This document shows positions 6,932 to 16,532 of a stretch of 35,384 nucleotides of DNA, piece after piece; the stretch's first letter is position 1, and every line of letters begins with the position of its first letter. The stretch is from Butyrivibrio sp. (lineage in GTDB: Bacteria > Bacillota > Clostridia > Lachnospirales > Lachnospiraceae), in assembly GCA_045641925.1 (NCBI GenBank), contig JAZUHV010000177.1:1-35384 (forward strand). Direction: 5' to 3'. A program made the translations under genes and the position numbers. The notes below the pieces were generated by a model. The model was given only the letters and a program-made list of their open reading frames with translations. It searched no databases and was not told the origin of the DNA.

Positions 6932-9896
6932 TGGCAAAAGAATCGTATGCGGCCTTGTATTGGCAGCTATGTTTGTCGGAACGGCTTTTAGTTCAGGAAC
7001 ACCAATCAACGCAAGCACTACAGCGACTATGGATGAGTACGATGATCTTGTTAGTACCAGTTCTGTAGATAAGAGCATATTGCCTTACGTTGAGTATCTG
7101 GAGGCAAATGAAGCAGCCTATCCAAGTACCTCGATTGTAATCACGGCAGATGATGTTAGCCGTTACGATGAGGCCGACAAGAATACTGAACCGGTAATTT
7201 ACAAGGATTATGAAGGTTCCACTGGTAACAGTGTATATACCAGCGAGAATTCTTTGGTAGAATTTGACTTTGAGGTCGAGGAAGCAGGCCTTTACAATAT
7301 CTGCTTAAACTACTATCCAATCGCAGGTAAGAACTCCAACATCGAGCGAGCATTTTTCGTAGATGGAAAACTTCCTTATCAGGAATTATCCGATGTAGCA
7401 TTCACCAGAGTTTGGAGAGTGGATGCAGAAATGGGTAAGGATGAGGCAAGCGGATCTGTAGCTTATAACTGGTCCAAGGATAACCAGGGAAATCAGAACA
7501 AGCCAAGTATGAAGGAAATTCCTGAATGGGAAAGCGCATTTGCTTATGATAACCAGGGTTATATTGCAACTCCTTTAGCAATTTACTTATCTAAGGGCGC
7601 ACATACCTTATCATTATTATCTCTTCGTGAGCCGGTAGTAATTAAGGAAATTACATTGGGTGCTGCTAAGCAGGTTTCCTCTTATAATGAAGTGAAGGCT
7701 ACCTGGAATGCTTCTGCTACCAGCGGACAGTTAATCACCATTGAGGGTGAGAATGCAAGCAAGACTTCTTCTCAGATGCTTTATCCTGTACAGGATCAGT
7801 CCTCACCAACTGTTTCTCCAGCAAGTCCTAAGGAATTATTAAACAATACCATTGGTGGTAATTCCTGGAGATTGACCGGACAGTGGATTGAATGGGAATT
7901 CGATGTTAAGCAGGATGGTCTTTACAATATCGCTTTATATGATTGCCAGAACTATGTTCGAGGCGTTTACGTATCCAGACGAATCACAATTGACGGTGAG
8001 GTTCCTTTCTCAGAAATGGAGGCATATGGATTTAAGTATGCACAGAGCTGGAGAGAAGATACCTTATCTGATGCAGAGGGTACACCATATGATTTCTACT
8101 TAACTGCCGGACATCATACCATTCGTATGGAAGTTGTTTTGGGTGACTTCGCAGAAATTATCGGTGCGGTTGAAAATTGCGTACAGCAGCTTAACTCCAT
8201 CTATCGTCAGGTAATTAAGATTACTGGTGTTAATCCGGATACCTACAGAGATTACCAGATTGAAAGCTGTCTTCCAAACCTGACCAATGAATTGATTGAG
8301 GTTCGCGATGGTTTGAATGATGCCATCAAAAAGCTTACCGTTTTATGTGGTAGTAACTCTGATAAGGTAAGTACTTTGCTTACCATGAGAGATCATTTGA
8401 ATGATCTGATTAAGGATAATGAATACTTCACAAGAACCCTTCCTTCTTTCAAGGTTAACGTTCGTGCTTGTGGTAACTGGGTAACTTCCGTAGCAACTCA
8501 GCCACTCGCAATTGACCGTATCATGGTGAAGTCAGCCGATACAAAGGTGAAATATAAGAATCAGGGCTTCTTCCCAAGAGTGGGTTATGAAATCCAGAGA
8601 TTGTTCTACTCCTTCATTATTGATTATAACCAGATTGGTAACGTAGCAGATAATGCAGATACGAACCCAACTATCACTCTTTGGATTGGTTCTGGTCGTG
8701 ATCAGGCTAACGTAATTAAGGGCTTGATTGATAAGACCTTTACCAATGAGAAAAATGTAAATGTTAACGTTCAGCTCGTTGATATGTCTGCACTGTTAAG
8801 AGCAGAGCTCGCAGGCGAGGGTCCTGACGTAGCAATTCAGGTAGCAAATACCTCCGGTATCGCCGGTGCCGTTTTGAATACCGGTAATGATACTCCTGTT
8901 AACTATGGTATTCGTAATGCAGTTTTGGATTTGTCACAGTTTAGTGACTTGCCAGAAGTGCTTGATCGATTCACCGAAGCAGCAGCAGTTCCATTCCAGT
9001 TCAATGGTGCAACCTACGGATTGCCTGAGACCACAACCTTCCCGGTTATGTTCTATCGTAAGGACATTCTTGCAGAGCTTGGAATTGAACCTCCAAAGTC
9101 CTGGGATGAGGTTAAGGTCACCATGGCGGTTCTTGCAAAGAACCAGATGGAATTTGGTATGTTACCAAGTGAACAGATTTTTGCAATGCTTCTTTATCAG
9201 AATGGTGGTGAGTATTACACCGAGGGCGGTATGTCTTCCGCATTGGATTCAGACATTGCAGTAAATACCTTTAAGCAGTATACAGAATTCTATACCGACT
9301 ATGGTTTGGATAAGTCCACCAGCGTGGAAGAACGTTTCCGTACCGGTGAGTGTCCAATCGTAATTGCAGATTATACCGTTTATAATAACCTGGTTGTATC
9401 TGCTCCGGATATCGCGGGCTTGTGGGGCTTTACCACTGTTCCGGGTACCGTTCAGGAAGATGGCTCCATCAATCATGCAACTGGATGTACCGGTCTTGCC
9501 AGCATCATTATGGCAGATACAAAGTACCCACAGGAATGCTGGGAATTCTTAAAGTGGTGGACCTCTGCTGAGACTCAGACCATGTATGGTCGCGAAATGG
9601 AATCCTTGATGGGTTCTGCAGCGCGTGTACCTACTGCAAACCTTGTAGCATTCGAAAACATGCCTTGGCCTGTAGATGACTTGGAAGCATTGAAGGATGC
9701 CTTCACCTACATCAAGGGTATCCCTCAGGTACCTGGTGGATATTACACCTGGCGTAATGTTAACAATGCATTCTATACCGTAACAACGGAAACAGATACA
9801 GCTTCTCCTCGTGAAGAGCTGCAGGATAAGATTATTTACATCAATGCCGAAATTCACTCAAAGAGAGAAGAGTTCGGTTTGCCGGTAGAAAAGTAG
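6915..9896 (+). CDS. Very large extracellular solute-binding protein (two N-terminal CBM-like domains, helical linker, C-terminal family 1 carbohydrate SBP domain)
   Basis: Start ATG 6915 after GAGGAG, giving 993 aa; Sec-type signal peptide without lipobox; C-terminal GPDVAI, YGLPET, MFYRKDILAELG, PPKSWDE and WEFLKWWTS motifs of sugar SBPs. Confidence 0.88.
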   Translation: MKRKLNGKRIVCGLVLAAMFVGTAFSSGTPINASTTATMDEYDDLVSTSSVDKSILPYVEYLEANEAAYPSTSIVITADDVSRYDEADKNTEPVIYKDYEGSTGNSVYTSENSLVEFDFEVEEAGLYNICLNYYPIAGKNSNIERAFFVDGKLPYQELSDVAFTRVWRVDAEMGKDEASGSVAYNWSKDNQGNQNKPSMKEIPEWESAFAYDNQGYIATPLAIYLSKGAHTLSLLSLREPVVIKEITLGAAKQVSSYNEVKATWNASATSGQLITIEGENASKTSSQMLYPVQDQSSPTVSPASPKELLNNTIGGNSWRLTGQWIEWEFDVKQDGLYNIALYDCQNYVRGVYVSRRITIDGEVPFSEMEAYGFKYAQSWREDTLSDAEGTPYDFYLTAGHHTIRMEVVLGDFAEIIGAVENCVQQLNSIYRQVIKITGVNPDTYRDYQIESCLPNLTNELIEVRDGLNDAIKKLTVLCGSNSDKVSTLLTMRDHLNDLIKDNEYFTRTLPSFKVNVRACGNWVTSVATQPLAIDRIMVKSADTKVKYKNQGFFPRVGYEIQRLFYSFIIDYNQIGNVADNADTNPTITLWIGSGRDQANVIKGLIDKTFTNEKNVNVNVQLVDMSALLRAELAGEGPDVAIQVANTSGIAGAVLNTGNDTPVNYGIRNAVLDLSQFSDLPEVLDRFTEAAAVPFQFNGATYGLPETTTFPVMFYRKDILAELGIEPPKSWDEVKVTMAVLAKNQMEFGMLPSEQIFAMLLYQNGGEYYTEGGMSSALDSDIAVNTFKQYTEFYTDYGLDKSTSVEERFRTGECPIVIADYTVYNNLVVSAPDIAGLWGFTTVPGTVQEDGSINHATGCTGLASIIMADTKYPQECWEFLKWWTSAETQTMYGREMESLMGSAARVPTANLVAFENMPWPVDDLEALKDAFTYIKGIPQVPGGYYTWRNVNNAFYTVTTETDTASPREELQDKIIYINAEIHSKREEFGLPVEK

Positions 9897-9909
9897 AAAG
9901 GAGGATAAT

Positions 9910-10860
9910 ATGGCAGCAGTTTATACTGAAGAAGATTTAAACGCAATGCGTGAAAAAGCTAAGAAAAAGAACAGCCTTGGCTATCAGATTTATCACAATA
10001 GAGCATCTTATTTCATGATGGCCCCATATTTTATCCTGTTCTTCCTTTTCACGGTAGCACCGGTGTTGATTTCCATTTTCTTCTCATTCACGGATTTCAA
10101 CATGCTCGAAATGCCAAGCTTTGTTGGTTGGAAGAACTACATCAGATTGTTCCTTGAAGATGATATTTTCATCATCGCATTGAAGAATACTTTGTTGTTC
10201 GCCGTTATTACTGGTCCAATCAGTTATATCTTATGTTTATTATTTGCTTGGATTATTAACGAATTTAACGGAAAGGTTCGTTCCCTTTTGACCTTGATTT
10301 TCTACGCACCATCTATTTGTGGTAATGCGTACATGGTTTGGAGCTTAATTCTTTCCTCCGATAGATACGGATACTTAAACGGTATCTTGATCAAACTCGG
10401 AATTATGGATAACCCAATCCTTTGGATGCAGACAGAAAAGTACGTTCTTCCTTGCTTGATTGTCGTACAGTTATGGCTTTCCTTAGGTACCGGCTTCCTT
10501 TCTTTCATCGCTGGTCTTCAGACTGTCGATAAGAGCTTGTATGAAGCAGCAGCAATTGATGGTATTAAGAACCGTTGGCAGGAACTTTACTATGTAACCT
10601 TACCAGCCATGAGACCACAGTTGATGTTCGGTGCGGTTATGCAGATTACTCAGTCCTTTGCAGTAGCTGATGTTTCTATCATGTTAGCTGGTAACCCTTC
10701 TGTAAACCACGCAGGTGCAACCATTGTAACGCACTTGTTGGATTATGGTTCGGTTCGATTCGACATGGGTTATGCATCCGCAATTGCAACCATTCTGTTC
10801 TTATTAATGATTGGAACAAACTCCATTGTTAAGAGATTATTAGGAAGGGTGGGTGACTAA
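9910..10860 (+). CDS. Carbohydrate ABC transporter permease (MalF/UgpA-like), pair 1
   Basis: About 6 TM segments; SFTDFN, FVGWKNY; EAA loop LYEAAAIDG; MGYASAIA. Confidence 0.93.
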   Translation: MAAVYTEEDLNAMREKAKKKNSLGYQIYHNRASYFMMAPYFILFFLFTVAPVLISIFFSFTDFNMLEMPSFVGWKNYIRLFLEDDIFIIALKNTLLFAVITGPISYILCLLFAWIINEFNGKVRSLLTLIFYAPSICGNAYMVWSLILSSDRYGYLNGILIKLGIMDNPILWMQTEKYVLPCLIVVQLWLSLGTGFLSFIAGLQTVDKSLYEAAAIDGIKNRWQELYYVTLPAMRPQLMFGAVMQITQSFAVADVSIMLAGNPSVNHAGATIVTHLLDYGSVRFDMGYASAIATILFLLMIGTNSIVKRLLGRVGD

Positions 10861-11750
10861 TGGCTACAATGATTTTAAACGGAAAGAAAATCCGTTATAA
10901 GAAAACCAAACAAAAGTTAAACCGTTCCGTTGCCGGTAATACACTTTTATTCATCTTAATGGGTATTTGTGGTGTATTCATGGCATTGCCACTGGTAATG
11001 ATCGTTAACAATGCATTAAAGCCATTGGACGAAATTTTCCAGTATCCACCTCAGATTTTTGTTAAACATCCTACTTTAGAGAACTTCACCGATTTGTTCG
11101 TATTAATGAACAATTCATGGGTGCCATTCTCCAGATACATTCTGAACACCATCATTATTACCGGTGGTGGAATGGTGGGACACGTTGTTTTTGCTTCCAT
11201 GGCAGCTTATCCGTTGGCAAAGAACAAGTTCCCTGGCCAGGCTATTTTATTTACCATGGTAGTCCTGTCCCTGATGTTCTCTTGGCAGGTTACTCAGATT
11301 CCACAGTACTTAATCGTAAGCTGGTTACATATCAATAACACCTATTGGGCATTGGTATTACAGTCTTGGGGATATGGTATGGGTCTTTACCTGATGAAGC
11401 AGTTCATGGAGCAGATCCCAGATTCCCTGATTGAGTCTGCAAGATTGGATGGCGCTTCTGAATGGAGAATTTTCTGGACCATCATGATGCCAAACGTTAA
11501 GCCTGCTTGGTTGACTTTGGCAATCTTCCAGTTCCAGCAGATGTGGGGTCAGACCGGTGGATTATTCCTTCGTAACGAGGAATTGAAGCCAATGCAGTAT
11601 GCATTGCAGCAGATTACAGCAGGTGGTACCGCAAGAGCGGGCGCGGCAGCAGCCGTTACCTTTATCATTGCAGCTGTACCTATTATTTTCTTCTTGATTT
11701 GTCAGAACAATGTCTTAGAGACCATGACAACATCAGGTATGAAGGATTGA
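10860..11750 (+). CDS. Carbohydrate ABC transporter permease (MalG/UgpE-like), pair 1
   Basis: PTLENF, AAYPLAK; EAA loop LIESARLDGASEWRIFW; TAATG stop/start overlap with the previous gene. Confidence 0.93.
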   Translation: MATMILNGKKIRYKKTKQKLNRSVAGNTLLFILMGICGVFMALPLVMIVNNALKPLDEIFQYPPQIFVKHPTLENFTDLFVLMNNSWVPFSRYILNTIIITGGGMVGHVVFASMAAYPLAKNKFPGQAILFTMVVLSLMFSWQVTQIPQYLIVSWLHINNTYWALVLQSWGYGMGLYLMKQFMEQIPDSLIESARLDGASEWRIFWTIMMPNVKPAWLTLAIFQFQQMWGQTGGLFLRNEELKPMQYALQQITAGGTARAGAAAAVTFIIAAVPIIFFLICQNNVLETMTTSGMKD

Positions 11751-11763
11751 TGGGGGTGGCAGT

Positions 11764-13263
11764 ATGAAAAAACGTTTTATTGCAAAAATAATTGCAGGCC
11801 TCTTAACTGTAGCAGCAGTAGGAACCCTTTTGATGGAAAGCACCTCCGCACAGGGAGAGCTTCCATACGATACTTACAATTTTGATTATTGGGGAAATAT
11901 TGTTTATACTCCTGCGGCTTACGTTCCTAGCGGAAGCGTAACCGGTTTGAGTGTGGGCGCATCTGATTTCTTCGAACCACAGGATTTGTGCCTGGATGAT
12001 GAAGGACAGATTTATGTGGCAGATACAAAGAATAACCGTATCGTTGTCCTGAACAATGAAATGACCGAAACCGTTCGTATCATTGATTCTTTTAAAATTG
12101 ATGGAGTGGAGCAGACCTTTGCTTCTCCTTACGGAGTATGTGTTTCTGAAAACAATGTACTTTACGTTGCAGACTCCGAAAACAAGAGAATCGTAAAGAT
12201 GACCAGAGAAGGAGAGTATATCGGTCAGATTCTGACACCGGTATCTGAAATCCTTGAAGAAGGTTTCGATTTCGTACCATTGAAGGTAACTGTGGATTAT
12301 GCAGACCGTGTGTACTGCATCGCAAAGAACGCCTTCGAAGGTATCCTCGTATTTGAAGCAGATGGTTCTTTTACCGGATACTTCGGTACCATTGAAGTTA
12401 AGATTTCTGCTTGGGAAAAGTTTTGGAAGAGACTTGCTACCAAGGAAGAACGTAACAAGCAGAAGTTATATATCGCTACGGAGTTTACCGGTATTGATAT
12501 TGACTCTGAAGGTTTCGTATATGCATCAAACGTAGATACTGCAGGTGTGCAGGGTGTACGTAGATTAAACCCATCTGGTGATGATGTTATTCAGAAGGGT
12601 GAGAACGGAAACGTTGGTGGTGATACTTCTACCGGTACATATGGTAGATACGCCGGCGTATCAGAATTCTCTGATGTCGTATACAGAGATAAGGGTATTT
12701 ACACCTGTCTTGATCGTAAGAGAGGAAGACTCTTCACTTATGATAAGGAAGGAAATCTTCTTTACATTTTCGGTGGAAAGGGTTCTCAGGAGGGTACATT
12801 TGAGGTACCGGTTGCCGTAGAAAGTGTCGGCGATCAAATCCTGGTTCTCGATTCCAGAAGAAATAGTATTATGAAGTTCTCTGCAACGGATTATGGTCGA
12901 CTGATTAATGAAGCTGTAGGTCTTCGTTTTGATGGTGATGAAACTCAGGCCATTGAATTGTGGAAGGAAGTTTTAAGACTTGACGAAAACAATGAATTGG
13001 CTAACACCGGTGTAGGTAAGGCTTATCTGACTGCCGGTGATAATGAGACTGCGATGCATTATCTTAAGATGGCTATGAATCGTAAGTATTACTCCATCGC
13101 ATACAGAAGATATCGTAATGAAATTTTAACAAAAAACATGAACGTAATCTTAAGTCTCATTATTGGACTGGTGGTTGCAATTGTGCTTTACGTTAAGGTG
13201 TTCCATAAGATGGTTAAAAAAGCGATAGAAAAGAAAAAACAGGGGAAGGGGGTAACACTATGA
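11764..13263 (+). CDS. NHL-repeat beta-propeller protein with TPR-like helices and C-terminal membrane anchor
   Basis: Signal peptide; NHL repeats (FEPQDLCLD...IYVADTKNNRIVV, FASPYGVCV...LYVADSENKRIV, FEVPVAV...LVLDS); helical AIELWKEVLRLDENNELANTGVGKAY; hydrophobic stretch followed by a basic tail. Confidence 0.85.
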   Translation: MKKRFIAKIIAGLLTVAAVGTLLMESTSAQGELPYDTYNFDYWGNIVYTPAAYVPSGSVTGLSVGASDFFEPQDLCLDDEGQIYVADTKNNRIVVLNNEMTETVRIIDSFKIDGVEQTFASPYGVCVSENNVLYVADSENKRIVKMTREGEYIGQILTPVSEILEEGFDFVPLKVTVDYADRVYCIAKNAFEGILVFEADGSFTGYFGTIEVKISAWEKFWKRLATKEERNKQKLYIATEFTGIDIDSEGFVYASNVDTAGVQGVRRLNPSGDDVIQKGENGNVGGDTSTGTYGRYAGVSEFSDVVYRDKGIYTCLDRKRGRLFTYDKEGNLLYIFGGKGSQEGTFEVPVAVESVGDQILVLDSRRNSIMKFSATDYGRLINEAVGLRFDGDETQAIELWKEVLRLDENNELANTGVGKAYLTAGDNETAMHYLKMAMNRKYYSIAYRRYRNEILTKNMNVILSLIIGLVVAIVLYVKVFHKMVKKAIEKKKQGKGVTL

Positions 13264-13892
13264 AAGAGTTAATCAACGGACATAAGTGGAAGTATGCAAT
13301 GTATACAGTAGCCCACCCTATGAAGGCGTTTTATGAAATTCGCCACCGTGGAGAAGGCAGTGTTGCCATTGCTGTTGTACTGGTAATTCTGTTCTCCATC
13401 AGCTTTTCCGTTAACAGATATGCAGCCAGCTTCATCGTAAACGATATCAATCCATTGAGCGTAAACGCGTTGCCGGAGCTCATTTCTGTATTGCTTTTAT
13501 TCTTACTATTCAGCGTTGGTAACTGGTCGGTTACCTGTTTGATGAATGGTGAGGGAAGATTTAAAGATATTTTAACAGTTGTGGGTTACTCCATGACTCC
13601 ACTCATTGTTTGCTTCAATCTTGGAACAATTGTTTCACAGTTTGTTACCCAGGATGAAGGTCCGTTCTACAGCATTATCGTAGGATTAGGCATTGCTTGG
13701 GCAGTAATTATGGTCCTGATGGGAATTATGACAGTACATAATTATTCTTTAGGAAAAACCTTAATTACCATTTTAATTACGTTCGTGGCAATGTTTATTA
13801 TCATCTTCGTAGTTTTACTGTTAGCGAACCTGATTAATCAGGTATATAACTTTTTCCATAGTATATACCAGGAACTTTTATTCAGGACTTAG
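13260..13892 (+). CDS. Yip1-domain membrane protein
   Basis: 210 aa; HPMKAFYEI N-terminal motif; about 5 TM segments; GEGRFKDI and GYSMTP; ATGA overlap with the NHL gene. Confidence 0.8.
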   Translation: MKELINGHKWKYAMYTVAHPMKAFYEIRHRGEGSVAIAVVLVILFSISFSVNRYAASFIVNDINPLSVNALPELISVLLLFLLFSVGNWSVTCLMNGEGRFKDILTVVGYSMTPLIVCFNLGTIVSQFVTQDEGPFYSIIVGLGIAWAVIMVLMGIMTVHNYSLGKTLITILITFVAMFIIIFVVLLLANLINQVYNFFHSIYQELLFRT

Positions 13893-13910
13893 CACAGGAG
13901 GAAATAGAGA

Positions 13911-16532
13911 ATGAAAAAAGCAAAATTCAAATTGTCTCTTGGGAAGAGTATCATTCTGGGCCTCTTGGCAATTGTCCTGATTGTGGTGGCAATTCTTGTA
14001 GTAAGATGGTTATTATTGTTCCAGTTAAACTACGATTACAAGAAGGATTTGACCTCCTACGGATATGAGGACGGAACGACTTTCAAACCAATTGACGAAG
14101 CAAAGAGTGATGTAACCGATGAGGGCTTTGTATTAGGTGCACAGAATGACACCTTAAAGGTTTACGTAAACCCTACGAATGGTTATGTAGCAATTTATGA
14201 CAAGAGAAATAATACAATCACCTATTCCAATCCTTTGAAAGCAGATGAGGATGAGGTGGCAACTGGAATCAATAAGAGTTTTATGAAGTCACAGATTATC
14301 GTTGACTACTTTGGTTCCAATCGTTTGCAGGGTACAATGAATTCCTTTGATGACTGTGTAGCACATGAACAGTTGGAAATTCAGTCCATCAAAGACGGCT
14401 TCCGTTTTGTGTATACCATTGGTAGCATTGAAACGAAGTTGGGAATCGTCCCATTGTATATGAGTCAGGAAACCTTCGATAAGCTTCTTACTAAGATGAA
14501 GGATTCCGATGCTGCTCAGTTTAAGACGAAGTACAAGCCTGAACCTGGCTTGAAGGAAGGCTATTTAAAGCTGATCCCGGGTGTCGCTGAAAAGCATCAG
14601 GGCTTGCAGACAATCCAGACGCAGTTAGCAGAGGCAGGATTTACAAAGGCTGATTACATTGTAGAAATGTCCAATAGTGGAATGGATGATGCTGTTCCAT
14701 TAACCTTTACGGTTCCTTTGGAATACAGACTGCAGGATGATGCAGTAACCGTTTCTGTTCCTTTAAACAAGGTAACTGAAAATGGTGGCGGATATATTTA
14801 TCGTATGCAGATCAATCGTTACTTCGGTTGTGCAGGTCCTGAAGAAGAAGGATATATCCTGGTTCCTAATGGATGCGGTGGTATTATTAATTTCAATAAC
14901 AACAAACTTACCGCTGCAAACTATTCTGAATTTGTTTATGGGATTGATCCATTAACTGCAGAGTATTCACAGATTGAAAATGCAATCACCTCTAAGATGG
15001 CACTGTATGGTATCTTCCGTAAGAACACTGCTGTGTTTACAACCATCGAAGATGGTGCAACCTTCACCACATTAACCGCTGGTATTTCCGGAAAGATTAC
15101 CAGTTATAATGCGGTTTATCCAACCTTTGTATTAAGAGGTAGTGATACCTTACAGATGTTTGGTGCGACCGGTAGTGAAGCAGCACTTCCAATCATTGAA
15201 GATAAGTTCTATGATGCAAACTTAGAGATTCGTTACACCATGTTGTATGGTGAGGATGTTTCTTATTCAGGTGCCGCAAATTATTATCGTGAGCGTTTGA
15301 TTAAAGAAGGAAAGTTGACTCCAGACGGAGATGCAACAGTAGTATCAAAGGATGATATTAAGTTCTACTATGATGTGCTTGGCGCAACTTCCATGGTCAA
15401 GTTCTTCTTAGGAACGCAGTACAATGGAACCTATGCCATGACCACCTTTGATCAGGCAATAAATATCTCCAATGACCTGGCTTCTAAGGGTATAAAGAAT
15501 CAGGTTATGAATTTCCAGGGTTGGATGAATGGCGGCTTTAGCCATGATGCAGTAAATCGCGTTAAGCTTGTTAATCAGCTCGGAAACAGAAAGAAGTTTG
15601 AAAAGTTGAGTAAGACCCTTGCTGAAAACGGCGGCACCTTCTATGCAGATGCAGCACTTCAGCAGGTAACTTCTATTTCCAAGCATTATGAGGAGAGCAA
15701 TGAAACCTCCCGTTATTATGCTTCTGGATATAACTGCGAGTTAGGTCTTGTAAACCCAACTACTTTAAGAAAAACAGCAGGTCTTGGTTATGACGAGAAC
15801 CGTTATTACCTCCTGTCCCCAAGATATCTTGGTCGTTACATCGACATTTACGTTGATAAGACCAAGGGCATGAATTTCTCCGGATATTCTTTCCGTGATT
15901 TGGGTGATGTAATTCACTCCGATAAGAGAAAATCATGTGTTGTAAACAGAGAGGAAGCTCTCGATATCATTCGTGCAGGCTTTGAAGATTTTAAGAGCAC
16001 CGGCAAGAATGTGATGGTAAGCAGTGCAAATGATTATGCTTGGCAGTATGCGGACGATATTATTAACGTTCCGATGAATACCAACGAATACCTGATTATC
16101 GATGAAGAAGTTCCTTTCTACCAGATGGTTATCCACGGATGTGTTGATTACTCTGGCTTGCTGGTAAATATGACCGAGAAGGCAGATAACCGTGATGTAG
16201 TACTTGAATTAATCGAAAAGGGTGCTTCACCACACTTCGTATTCAGTGAGAAGAACTCATCTGATATCAAGAACACCGGCTTGAACCGCTACTATGCAAC
16301 AACCTATAGCAGTTGGTCAGAAGAGGCTGTTGATGTTTACACACAGGTTAACGAAGCCTTAAAGTATGTGAATGACGCATACATGATTGATTATGTAAAC
16401 TTAAGCAAGGACGTTAAGAAGATTGCATACAGCAATGGCGTTACTATTTATGTGAATTATGGAACCACCGCAGCAACAGTTGATGGTGTGAATGTTCCGG
16501 CTAAATCTTATCAGTTAGGAGGGGTACAGTAA
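13911..16532 (+). CDS. Large membrane-anchored extracellular protein, DUF5696-like (possible glycoside-hydrolase-like fold)
   Basis: 873 aa; N-terminal TM anchor; GYILVPNGCGGIINFNN, MTTFDQA, QGWMNGG, VPFYQMVIHG and YSNGVTIYVNY motifs recalled from DUF5696 proteins in this gene context. Confidence 0.72.
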   Translation: MKKAKFKLSLGKSIILGLLAIVLIVVAILVVRWLLLFQLNYDYKKDLTSYGYEDGTTFKPIDEAKSDVTDEGFVLGAQNDTLKVYVNPTNGYVAIYDKRNNTITYSNPLKADEDEVATGINKSFMKSQIIVDYFGSNRLQGTMNSFDDCVAHEQLEIQSIKDGFRFVYTIGSIETKLGIVPLYMSQETFDKLLTKMKDSDAAQFKTKYKPEPGLKEGYLKLIPGVAEKHQGLQTIQTQLAEAGFTKADYIVEMSNSGMDDAVPLTFTVPLEYRLQDDAVTVSVPLNKVTENGGGYIYRMQINRYFGCAGPEEEGYILVPNGCGGIINFNNNKLTAANYSEFVYGIDPLTAEYSQIENAITSKMALYGIFRKNTAVFTTIEDGATFTTLTAGISGKITSYNAVYPTFVLRGSDTLQMFGATGSEAALPIIEDKFYDANLEIRYTMLYGEDVSYSGAANYYRERLIKEGKLTPDGDATVVSKDDIKFYYDVLGATSMVKFFLGTQYNGTYAMTTFDQAINISNDLASKGIKNQVMNFQGWMNGGFSHDAVNRVKLVNQLGNRKKFEKLSKTLAENGGTFYADAALQQVTSISKHYEESNETSRYYASGYNCELGLVNPTTLRKTAGLGYDENRYYLLSPRYLGRYIDIYVDKTKGMNFSGYSFRDLGDVIHSDKRKSCVVNREEALDIIRAGFEDFKSTGKNVMVSSANDYAWQYADDIINVPMNTNEYLIIDEEVPFYQMVIHGCVDYSGLLVNMTEKADNRDVVLELIEKGASPHFVFSEKNSSDIKNTGLNRYYATTYSSWSEEAVDVYTQVNEALKYVNDAYMIDYVNLSKDVKKIAYSNGVTIYVNYGTTAATVDGVNVPAKSYQLGGVQ

